Below are positions 1-10,177 of a stretch of DNA of 32,967 nt, one piece after another. The first letter of the stretch is position 1. Every line of letters starts with the position of its first letter. The position numbers and the translations under genes are program-made. Under the pieces are notes generated by a model. The model made no database searches, had not been told where the DNA came from, and saw only the letters and a list, made by a program, of their open reading frames with translations. Source of the stretch: Octopus bimaculoides (taxonomy: Eukaryota); the NCBI RefSeq assembly GCF_001194135.2, contig NC_068985.1:80466352-80499318 (forward strand), in the 5' to 3' direction.

Positions 1-6
1 GACGAC

Positions 7-89
<83 letters not shown>
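1..89. repeat. (GAT)n microsatellite
   Basis: Uninterrupted GAT repeats after GACGAC at the window start. Confidence 0.98.
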
Positions 90-189
90 GCGAAACAATG
101 AACAAAAATAGTAACTAAAACAGCTCCTCCCCCCGATACCACCTCTACGATATATATAAACAAAGTAAAAATCATGTATATATGTAACT

Positions 190-278
190 TTTCTCTCTCT
201 CTTTCTCTCTCTCCTTCCCTCTCTCTGTCTGTGTCTCTCTCACCTTCCCTCTCTCTGTCTCTGTCTCTGTCTCTCTCC
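190..278. repeat. CT/CTGT-rich simple repeat
   Basis: Degenerate (CT)n and (CTGTCT)n tract. Confidence 0.9.
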
Positions 279-361
279 CAGTTACGTCACTGTGACATTT
301 GTTATTTCAAACTGCTGAACTATCTATATTATCTATTCAGCAAAAAAGAATATGGCTGCCA

Positions 362-772
362 CTGCTTCAATTATCATCGTTACGATTATCACCGATACCA
401 TTCCCCCTACTCCCACCATCACCACCGCCAATACTGCCATCATCGCCATTATCCTCATCATCATCAGCTTCGTCATTAATAATTAACGTGTCATAATCAC
501 CTTTATCATCATTACCTCCGTCAAGACTGCTAATAGTCATCATCATTATCATCATCATCATCACAGCCAACGCCGCCACCATTTCCTTCGTCGCTCTCAC
601 CACCACCACCACCACCACTACCACCACCACCACCACCACCACCACCACCAATGCTACAACCACTAAAACTATCGCCATCATGAACACCACAATCATTATC
701 AACTCATCCTCCAGAAACACTACCACCACTGCCTGCATCACAACAGCTACCAGTACCACCACAACTATCATC

Positions 773-814
<42 letters not shown>

Positions 815-843
815 TTCAGCAGCAGCATCATTATCACCATCAA
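362..843. repeat. Degenerate (CAT)n/(CAC)n trinucleotide low-complexity region
   Basis: Pure (CAC)n near 600-650 and (CAT)n near 775-812 embedded in decayed triplets; explains the overlapping H-, S- and V/M-rich ORFs. Confidence 0.9.
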
Positions 844-1129
844 TCGGTGAGTCAGCAGTCATTAGATGACGTCATATGAGCAATAACTATATGAATCCCA
901 GCTAATATGTCCACTATTGTGACGGCGGCGGAGTTCGTCTCGTCTCCATGACAACCAACGAAACAGTTAATGGCAAAACAAATAGTTTGATGCTGGAAAC
1001 AACTTAACCTCGATTACGTAACGAGGAATATGTGATTGATTGAATGTGTCTATATTTGGATATGTGTCCAAATGTGTAAACTATATGCCTATGTTTGTCT
1101 GCACCTCTTCCGCCATCTTCATATATCTT

Positions 1130-1132
<3 letters not shown>

Positions 1133-1195
<63 letters not shown>
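1133..1195. repeat. (CA)n microsatellite
   Basis: Perfect CA run. Confidence 0.98.
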
Positions 1196-1196
<1 letters not shown>

Positions 1197-1208
1197 TAAT
1201 GTGTGTGT

Positions 1209-1296
1209 GACTGGCTGTGGTAAGAAGCTTGCTTCCCAACCACATGGTTCCGAGCTGAGTCCCATTGCGCAGCACCTTGGACCTGTGTCTTCTACT
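1209..1296 (+). mobile_element. SINE family A, tRNA-like head fragment
   Basis: GGCTGTGGTAAGAAGCTTGCTTCCCAACCACATGGTTCCG...GCACCTTGG...GTGTCTTCTACT matches the reverse complement of the heads at 5440-5566 and 21190-21290. Confidence 0.85.
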
Positions 1297-1382
1297 GAGT
1301 GCAGGACAAAAGGCCATAGTTAAAGTGTGAAAGTGGACAAAAGCACCCACGGTTATATTTTTCGATTTTTTTTCTTTTCGCC

Positions 1383-1464
1383 TTTTACTTCTTTCAGTCA
1401 TTTGACTGTGGCCATGCTGGGGCACCATCTTGAAGAATTTTTAGTTGGATGTATCGACGCCAGA
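1383..1464 (-). mobile_element. SINE family A, 3' tail fragment
   Basis: TTTTACTTCTTTCAGTCATTTGACTGTGGCCATGCTGGGGCACC matches the tails at 4985, 19866, 27592 and 30372. Confidence 0.9.
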
Positions 1465-1665
1465 TATTAGACTATATTGAATATATTTTGTTTACTTAAA
1501 AATTGGAATTTTGGAAAATAATATATTTTTTTTTTTACAACCACGATTTCCGTTTTTGTTTACTTGAAATTATAATTATTTTTAAGATTTGGATGTCGTT
1601 TCTAGCATGTGGAGACACCATCTAGGCTTAACTTCATGCACTGGTTGAAAATCATAAAAAAAAAT

Positions 1666-1746
1666 TCTGGGGTCGATACATTCGACTAAAAATTTCTCAA
1701 TGTGGTGCCCCAGCATGGCCACAGTCTAATGACGGCAACAACAAAA
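1666..1746 (+). mobile_element. SINE family A, 3' tail fragment (inverted relative to 1383-1464)
   Basis: TCTGGGGTCGATACATTCGACTAAAA...TGGTGCCCCAGCATGGCCACAGTC aligns end to end with the reverse complement of 1383-1464. Confidence 0.9.
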
Positions 1747-1784
1747 GAGAAAAAAAAAACGAAAAAAAACGAAAAATAACCGAA

Positions 1785-2003
1785 AAATACAGTTCTATAT
1801 TTAAGAGATAACGAATTATGTGCATTATTTACATTATTTACATTATTTACATTATTTACATTTGACGGATATTTGTCCTCATCTTGTTTGTTGTTAACAC
1901 GCTTCGGCCGATATTCCCTCCAGCCTTCATCAGGTGTCCTGGGGAAATTTCGAACCTAGGTTCTCATTCCTAAGGTATTTTTCGATGTTGTTGTTGTTGT
2001 TGC

Positions 2004-2058
<55 letters not shown>

Positions 2059-2088
2059 TAGGTCACTGCCTGGAATCGAACTCGGAAG
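1785..2088 (-). mobile_element. SINE-like element family C: Pol III B-box, (AAT)n/(AAC)n tract, hammerhead-like tail, 9-bp terminal repeats
   Basis: Minus strand reads GAGTTCGATTCC (B box, 2083-2072), then AGGCAGTGACC, (AAT)n(AAC)n, a CUGAUGA-stem-GAAG motif (1938-1896) and four AATGTAAAT repeats (about 1828-1862). The A box is absent in this copy. Confidence 0.6.
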
Positions 2089-3119
2089 TTTTATCTTAAT
2101 AATTACAATGNNNNNNNNNNNNNNNNNNNNNNNNNNNNNNNNNNNNNNNNNNNNNNNNNNNNNNNNNNNNNNNNNNNNNNNNNNNNNNNNNNNNNNNNNN
2201 NNNNNNNNNNNNNNNNNNNNNNNNNNNNNNNNNNNNNNNNNNNNNNNNNNNNNNNNNNNNNNNNNNNNNNNNNNNNNNNNNNNNNNNNNNNNNNNNNNNN
2301 NNNNNNNNNNNNNNNNNNNNNNNNNNNNNNNNNNNNNNNNNNNNNNNNNNNNNNNNNNNNNNNNNTTTCTGTCCATTTCTTTCCTAAAGAAAAGACGTGC
2401 TTTTGCATGTCTCCTCTCATGGCTCGTCCTCCTAGCGTTCATAATAATTTTTCTATCGTCTTGGCTTAACAGCCCTCACCGTTTGTTTTTACTGTCTTGA
2501 TCTCGCTGTCCTGTTGTTGTTACCACTTTCACCATCCGCAAAAAATCCCAAATTTTATTTAATTTGCTTTGCGGGGAGGATTGTTTCAACAAAATCGCCT
2601 ATTGTCCTTACCTTCGAAACGCGGAGTAAATGAAACAGGGACAGATAATGAAGGGGGAATATTATTTATGTTGTATGTCTCGTTTCTTTGTTTGTTTTCT
2701 TCGTTGTTCGAAAAAAAAGTTCATTTTCTATCTTTTCGTTTTTATGTTTTCGTTTCTCATTGTGTTTAACGTTTTTTTTATGTCCTGTACTCATACATGC
2801 ATGTATATATACATATATATGTAAGTATGTACATATATGTATGTATATATGCATATGTTTATATATTATATGTGCGTGTCTGTGTATGTGTGTGTGTGTG
2901 TGTGTGTGTGATTTTCTACGTACAGATACACATAAATATACATAAACAGTCGTATTCGTTTGCACTCACATGCACACACATATACACACACACTACAGGT
3001 GTGTACTGAGACGACGGATTCGTGATTAGGAACTAAATAAGTAGACGAATAACTGATACTAGAAACGAATTCTATCAGCTATCAGTGCAATGAGACGGAA
3101 AGTGAAAGTCGAATATTAT

Positions 3120-3885
3120 CTATAAAAATTGACTTCTCAGAAATCGGAATCATATAAGCCTTTCAAAAATATGAAACACTCCTCATCAGATATCTAGCTA
3201 AAATGGCACCAACAGCTTAATACCGTCAGACAAGATGATCTGCAAGAAGATATTACCTTTATCTTCAAACGAAATCTCATTCCACAAACACTCTGCATAG
3301 ATCGACGAAGCACTCTGACGTAATTACTATCAAGATAAATTCGAATAATCACTGGTCGCAAATAACATCCGTCCCAACCACGCATGGAGAAAAATATCAT
3401 ATGGTTTAATCCACCTTTTCGGTGTTTAACATGTCCACCATTAAAAAGTGCCACATAATGGGTATCATATGGCAACTCCAACAAACAGAACTAGCATTTA
3501 ACTGTCACAGCAGAGAAACCTACCCAACGAGAAGCAAAAACCTCGCATTAAATACTGTACACCACACCGATATTTTCTTCATGCAAGACTTCATCGTACT
3601 ATATAAGGCTAATAAAAACCACATTAAAAAATAGCGTTTCAACACAGTAGTTCATTTCACTGTCTTATCTGGAAAGGTTCACGGTATTATCCAAACAAAA
3701 CTAGAATTGAAAGGCAGCTAGAATAAACACAAACATCACATGAGCAGTCATAATAGAACACCAGGATAAAGAGACAGAGCCAAAGTCTACAACTACTATC
3801 TCACTGAGAAATTCTACATCATGCGCCACCCTATTTCAATCCTAAACAAAAGATCCGAGTTTATCTCTCCTTGCCACCATATACA
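3120..3885 (+). pseudogene. Decayed Penelope-like element: RT C-terminus, linker and GIY-YIG endonuclease
   Basis: Across frameshifts and stops: KMICKKILPLSSNEISFHK..DEAL, NIIWFNPPF (3393-3419), IVLYKA (3593-3610), LTEKFYIMRHPISILNKRSEFISPCHH (about 3800-3880). Same motif order as the PLE at 10178-11700. Confidence 0.8.
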
Positions 3886-4182
3886 TATATCTGTGATAAC
3901 CAACTATAAAAGCAAATCCCATCACGGATTACTGACACAAAGAACGGTGATTTTGGTGGTGGTGGTGGTGGTGGTGGTAGTGGTAATGGTGACGATGACG
4001 ACGGTGATAATGATGATGTTTATGATGTAATGATCCCGAAGATTTCAGCGAAAAGGTCGATGATGTTAATAATTTATGTCAATCAATAATGATAACCATG
4101 GCAATATTTGATTAAGATAATATTTATGATGTGGACGACAATAATGCTGACGGTAATAATGACAATATTAGGAGGAGATGGA

Positions 4183-4597
<415 letters not shown>

Positions 4598-4605
4598 AAG
4601 TAGAG

Positions 4606-4774
4606 GTACGTGGCTTAGTGGTTAGAGTGTTGGACTCATGATCGTAAGATCGCGGTTTCGATTCTTGCCTCGGGTGACGCGTTGTGTTCTTGAGCAAAAT
4701 ACTTCATTTCATATTGATCCAGTTCACTCAGATGGTAAAAATGAGTAATCCTATGACAGACCGGCGCCCTGTCC
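4606..4774 (+). mobile_element. CORE-type tRNA SINE (family B), 5' part, interrupted by a TIR element
   Basis: A box TGGCTTAGTGG (4611-4621), B-box-like GGTTTCGATTC (about 4654-4664), CORE-like TTCTTGAGCAAAATACTT...TCCAGTTCACTCAGATGGTAAAAATGAGT, which also matches the reverse complement of about 19736-19795. Confidence 0.85.
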
Positions 4775-5908
4775 GCGAAATATTTTTTACCACGAGAATT
4801 CAGGACCCCAGTAATGAACTCATTTGCATACAGCCAATCAGAACTCACCTTGACTTTGTTGTCAAGTTAGCAAACACACTCTACCAAGTAAACTCAAGAC
4901 AAAGAACGGTGTTGTTAGTCGACCGATCGCCAAGTTACACCTGATTTTAGGCGACAAGTAATTAGATAGATTTACTCTTTACTCTTTTACTTGTTTCAGT
5001 CATTTGACTGTGGCCATGCTGGAGCACCGCCTTTAGTCGAGCAAATCGACCCCAGGACTTATTCTTTGTAAGCCTAGTACTTATTCTATCAATCTCATTT
5101 ACTGAACCGCTAAGTTACGGGGACGTAAACACACCACCATTGGTTGTCAAGCGATGGTGGGGGACAAACACAGACACACAAACATATACACAGATNNNNN
5201 NNNNNNNNNNNNNNNNNNNNNNNNNNNNNNNNNNNNNNNNNNNNNNNNNNNNNNNNNNNNNNNNNNNNNNNNNNNNNNNNNNNNNNNNNNNNNNNNNNNN
5301 NNNNNNNNNNNNNNNNNNNNNNNNNNNNNNNNNNNNNNNNNNNNNNNNNNNNNNNNNNNNNNNNNNNNNNNNNNNNNATATATATATATATATATATACA
5401 TATGTACGACGGGCTTCTTTCAGTTTCCATCTACCAAATCCACTCACAAGGCTTTGGTCGGCCCGAGGCTATAGTAGAAGACACTTGCCCAAGGTGCCAC
5501 GCAGTGGGACTGAATCCGGAATCATGTGTTTGGTAAGCAAGCTACTTACCACACAGCCACTCCTGCATATATACTTATTATCGGATTTTGTTAGGGCCCC
5601 ATATGGTAAAGATGTGGATGGGAAAAGTGTGGGTAGAGGGTGATGTGCGAGCAACCCTCTCCCCTTACTGTTTTAGAAAGTAAACAACAACACAAATAAC
5701 TACGCAGAGACAGCCGTGGTTGAAACAAGAACAAGAAGCATTATTAAAAGAGAAAAGAAGTATGGTTATTCCTTACCCAAATGACCTTATCTTATCGCCC
5801 ATCACTTGTTATGCGCTCATAAATTAGTTTGATAGTTGAGTTCTGATTGGCTGTATGCAAATGAGTTCATAACTGGGGGTCCGGAAATTTCGTGGGAAAA
5901 AAATTCGC
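4775..5908. mobile_element. Non-autonomous TIR DNA transposon, probably Mutator-like (about 73-bp TIRs, 9-bp TSD)
   Basis: TIRs 4775-4847 and 5837-5908 (GCGAA...TTCGC) share ATGAACTCATTTGCATACAGCCAATCAGAACTCA exactly. Flanking 9-mers GCCCTGTCC (4766-4774) and GCCCCGTCC (5909-5917) match 8/9. Superfamily inferred from the 9-bp TSD and G...C ends. Confidence 0.8.
4972..5568 (-). mobile_element. SINE family A, near full length, with a gap in its central microsatellite
   Basis: Tail (TTTACTC repeats, TGTTTCAGTCATTTGACTG...), central CA/TA tract containing gap 5196-5377, then CGACGGGCTTCTTTCAG...GGGACTGAATCC...ACACAGCCACTCCTGC (tRNA-like head on the minus strand). Confidence 0.92.
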
Positions 5909-5917
5909 GCCCCGTCC

Positions 5918-5985
5918 AGGTAGAGGAATATATACGTCACGGAAACCGGCCCTATGAGTATATATATGGCTCGGGAAGAAAAGAT
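5918..5985 (+). mobile_element. Probable 3' continuation of the family B SINE
   Basis: Begins directly after the right TSD (AGGTAGAGGAATATATACGTCACGGAAACCGGCCCTATGAG). Continuity with 4606-4774 is inferred from the TSD. Confidence 0.55.
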
Positions 5986-6130
5986 CCACCAGGAGGTGGA
6001 GGAGATCCAGTTCTATGATCATGACATTAATGATGATGATAACTAAATTGATATCATCATCATCATTATTGTTGTCATTATTTTTCGTTGTCACCACCAT
6101 TATTGCCTCTATCATCATCTTTTACCTTAA

Positions 6131-6362
6131 CCCTTTGCCTGTCCGAAACCATTTTCGTAACTTTGTCCTAAACGTCCATACTTGCTTTCAGACTTTTTAG
6201 TTAGCCCTTATTTCATACGTTCTCGGTAATGTAAAGCTTTCTTTTCATTAAGTATCAACTTTGTTGGTTGAAAAAATTGGAAAATTTGTATCGTATATGA
6301 TGCATGAACGCCAGAGATAAATGTCCAGTGTATCGAAAGTGATACACATGACAGGCAAATGA
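6131..6362. mobile_element. piggyBac-like MITE (232 bp)
   Basis: TTAA (6127-6130) + CCCTTTGCCTGTC ... GACAGGCAAATGA + TTAA (6363-6366). TIRs match 11/13, and a TTAA TSD with a CCC start is typical of piggyBac. Internal hairpin GTGTATC-GAAAGT-GATACAC. Confidence 0.75.
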
Positions 6363-7411
6363 TTAACTTAGTGTGTTTAATCTGTCTGTATTATATGTGT
6401 GTGTGTGTGTGTGTGTGTTTGTGTTAGTGTACTCTTGCGTATGTATATGTTTGTGTGTTTGCTTCTGTTTCAAATTGAAATGGTTGTATGTATGTACTTA
6501 AGACAATATGATTAACATGAGTTTGAAACTGATTGCATACGTGGAACTGTATGTGTGCGTCAGTGTGTTTGTCACTGAGTGCATAAGAATCATGCGTGTT
6601 TTAAGAAATATATATATATATATTTTTAATGTGAAACGTTGCAAATCGTCTGATGTCTCTCAGAGTATTCTTTAATCATACCTCTAGTACTCCGAGTAGC
6701 ACGTTTCCGATCATTCAGCTGATAATCCTAGCCTTTTCTCTTGAAATATGTCCTTTAAATCTATTTTGAAATGCTATCATAAAAGTTATGAAGAAAACGC
6801 TTATCTATATACCTTTTTTTTTTTTTTAAAGAAAAACTTCCCGAGCGACGCGTGCAAAGATTGTGTCAGGCTCACGTTTTTTTTCATCTCATTTCTGGCT
6901 CTCGTGGGAATGCTCTAAAGGTCTTAGACTTCATACAAGCAAGGTCGTTCTAATAGCTTTCTTTGTGTTGTTTAATATGTTAAAGAATTTTTTTAAAAGA
7001 CTGTGTTTTGCGTGCGCCTGCCTGTATACATATATACATATACACACGCACACATACACAAAATCTCACGCACACATGCGTCTATGCATATATACATATA
7101 TATGGGTGTATGTATATATGTGTATGTATTCGTGTGTGAGGCATCACCAAAAGTTGTGTACAATGGGATATCAAATAAAGAACTTTATTTACAATTTTGA
7201 ATTTTTCTATGATTTTGTTGCAATTCTTAAAAATAAGGAAAGCAGAGATGTTTAAAGCAGATTAACAGTTGTACTATAAAACCATTGATTAGCGAAAAGA
7301 CTACAATACTACGTACGTTTCAGTGTGCTTGTGAGCTGGTAGAGATGGTAAATCCCCTTTTCAACCTTGTGCCTATTTTGTTATAGCTATGTACTGCTTT
7401 GTAGAACGAAC

Positions 7412-7442
<31 letters not shown>

Positions 7443-7445
7443 CAT

Positions 7446-7515
<70 letters not shown>

Positions 7516-7664
7516 GGTAATTGTGTTCAGTTTAGTGATTAAAAAAAGTAAATAAAAATTAAGAGGAAGATAAGTAGTAAAAGAAGCAGTTTACTTTTTA
7601 TACAGCATAGACACTGGTGATCGCCGTCGGAAAGTGAGCAAATGTCTTATTTTTCTCTGGAATT

Positions 7665-7900
7665 ACGCCAGAGAAACTCATGCAGACATGAAACAAACAA
7701 ACAATTCGTCCGATGTCCCAAACTGTCGTCTCAACTTCCGTTTCACCCGCTTCCATATATTTTTCACTTTTTCATCATGAGGATCGACAAAATATTGTTG
7801 CAGCATAATCACCTCGTGCGAGGTGTAGCACATTGAAAAAATCGATAAAGCTTTAGCGCCTTCACCCTTTGTCCGATTGTCTTATAGGTTTGCACACATG
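7665..7900 (-). pseudogene. Merlin (IS1016/ISXO2-like) DDE transposase C-terminal remnant
   Basis: Minus strand: YTSHEVIMLQQYFVDPHDEKVKNIWKRVKRKLRRQFGTSDELF, then after a frameshift EFLWRN. Matches the Merlin pattern VNHS..FVDP...E..W...K....GTS..L...L.EF.WR. Confidence 0.75.
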
Positions 7901-8345
7901 CGCACTGTGCGCCAAGCATTATGTATCACTGTTAAAACGTTTCAATTTCTCTTATTAANNNNNNNNNNNNNNNNNNNNNNNNNNNNNNNNNNNNNNNNNN
8001 NNNNNNNNNNNNNNNNNNNNNNNNNNNNNNNNNNNNNNNNNNNNNNNNNNNNNNNNNNNNNNNNNNNNNNNNNNNNNNNNNNNNNNNNNNNNNNNNNNNN
8101 NNNNNNNNNNNNNNNNNNNNNNNNNNNNNNNNNNNNNNNNNNNNNNNNNNNNNCCCATGTATTTGTGGGCCACAATTGAAAATAAAACAATTCTTTACGG
8201 TATTTCATGTAAACGTGCAGCTTATACGCGTAAGGTGAAAAATCGGTATTTTTTACGCGCGTGAAATCTCAAGCAAAGTTTATTCAGCGCTTATAAACAG
8301 CTGGTATTTACATGGGCAAGAATGATGTTATAATGTGAATTTCAA

Positions 8346-9125
8346 CTCCGACAGTGCATTCTTATCGTATGGGATGAGTGCACAACGGCTCACAGAGGAG
8401 GCTTAGAGGCATTAGATAGAGCTCTGAGGGATAGACGAGACAGTCAGGCTCCAATGGGTGGTGTAACGCTTCTACTGTCAGGTGACTTAAGATAAACTCT
8501 TCCTATCATTCCTAAAGGTACGAGGGCAGATGAAGTACAAGCGTGCTTTAAGTCCTCACCGTTGTGGCGTCATGTTATGACACTTACACTATCCACATAT
8601 ATGAGAGCCCGACTTTATGGTGATCGAAATTCTTCCCAGTTTGCTATAGATACTTTGGAACTTGGTGACGGTAAGTTCTCTTTGGACGCAGCAGATGAAC
8701 TAGACATCTCGCCACTTTGTACCATTGTATCTTCTATCAACGAACTAAAGGACAAAGTGTTCCCAAATTTGCAGGACAACTACTACAATCTTAACTGGTT
8801 GTGAGAAAGAGTAATACTTGCTGCTAAGAACACCACCGGAGGCAAGTTGAATGATCAACTCCTCCATTCTCTACCCGGAAATCATCAAACATTTAAGTCA
8901 ATTGATACCGTGGTAGACAACAATGAGGCAGTTAATTATCCTACCAATTTTTTTAACTCATTGGACCCTCCATGCCTTCCTCCACATACATTGCAGCTGA
9001 AAAAAGGGATTCCAATAATGCTGCTTCGGAATTTGGAGCCACCAAAACTATGCAACGGAACACGACTGGTTGTTAAAAAAGTTCTTAACCACGTAACAGA
9101 GGCTACCATAATTTCTGGGAGCAGG
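8346..9125 (+). pseudogene. Helitron PIF1-like helicase remnant
   Basis: One frame with two stops: LIVWDECTTAHRGGLEALDR (motif II), LLLSGDLR*TLPIIPKG (motif III), FKSSPLWRHV, VNYPTNFFNSLDPPCLPPHTLQLKKGIPIMLLRNLEPPKLCNGTRLVVKK. Typical Helitron RepHel helicase. Confidence 0.93.
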
Positions 9126-9621
9126 ACATAATATAGAAAGTCAGGTTTATAAACTTTATAAACGCCGAGACGAACTGCTAATTGTATTGAAGCAGTAATC
9201 TCATGCTTATGTTACTGATTCTAAATTAGTTCCCCCGCTTAATTCTTAACCAAACATATGGGTTATTATGANNNNNNNNNNNNNNNNNNNNNNNNNNNNN
9301 NNNNNNNNNNNNNNNNNNNNNNNNNNNNNNNNNNNNNNNNNNNNNNNNNNNNNNNNNNNNNNNNNNNNNNNNNNNNNNNNNNNNNNNNNNNNNNNNNNNN
9401 NNNNNNNNNNNNNNNNNNNNNNNNNNNNNNNNNNNNNNNNNNNNNNNNNNNNNNNNNNNNNNNNNNNNNNNNNNNNNNNNNNNNNNNNNNNNNNNNNNNN
9501 NNNNNNNNNNNNNNNNNNNNNNNNNNNNNNNNNNNNNNNNNNNNNNNNNNNNNNNNNNNNNNNNNNNNNNNNNNNNNNNNNNNNNNNNNNNNNNNNNNNN
9601 NNNNNNNNNNNNNNNNNNNNN

Positions 9622-10175
9622 TTAGAATATGGAAGGGGGAAAAGCCTCGTTTTTAAGGGTAAAACCCTAAGTGATTATTGTCCACCGATCTTCGGCCGCG
9701 CTGCCATCTTGCAGTCACCAAAGCACCACGAAGGTAAACGATTATTTCCCTTCGGCCTTGGCTATTGGTTTCCGGCTGTAGTGCCACAATGAGGATTTTA
9801 AAACGCCAGCAGGAGTTTTCTAAAATGCAGGCATGGTCCGAAAATTTTCGTCTTGGAGTTCAGGATGCCTTCTGACACGAGCGAGTCTTTAAGGATCCTC
9901 GTACGTTCGGCAATGCATAACTTGCACCGTTTCGTCCCGTTGATGTAGGGACCTAGATTCTCGAGTATTACCCACGCGATCGAGTATGAAATCTCTTCGT
10001 CTCGTAATTGCTAAATATGGCTGGCCAGCGATGTCACGTATCTCCTTTCCGGGACTCTGAAGGAGTACAGATGATTGGAAATACGCTGTTTGAGAGAGCT
10101 CCCAGTGCACTCCACGTACTTCTGTGGGCGCGTGATGTTGTTGCGCCTGTTGTTGTAGGTGCTGATGTTGTTAGT
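9622..10175 (-). mobile_element. Inverted 5' segment of a Penelope-like element (YIG half of GIY-YIG plus 3' pLTR)
   Basis: Reverse complement of about 11318-11878. Translates NNISTYNNRRNNITRPQKYVECTGSSLKQRISNHLYSF...TSLASHI*QLRDEEISYSIAW...KRCKLCIAERTRIL...ILNSKTKIFGPCLH. Confidence 0.92.
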
Positions 10176-10177
10176 GA

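Noticed and set aside
367-843. 158-aa hydrophobic V/M/I-rich minus-strand ORF and overlapping His/Ser-rich ORFs
   Set aside because: Direct translation of (CAT)n/(CAC)n tracts; no domain signature.
3150-3195. Antisense CUGAUGA...GAAA (possible hammerhead)
   Set aside because: No credible stem II and it lies antisense within PLE coding remnant; likely chance.
4606-4680. tRNA gene (A and B boxes present)
   Set aside because: No complete cloverleaf or T-run terminator; continues into a CORE-like body, so it is a SINE head. The same applies to family A heads.
9132-9271. Helitron 3' terminus after the helicase remnant
   Set aside because: No GC-rich hairpin followed by CTRR is visible before the gap.
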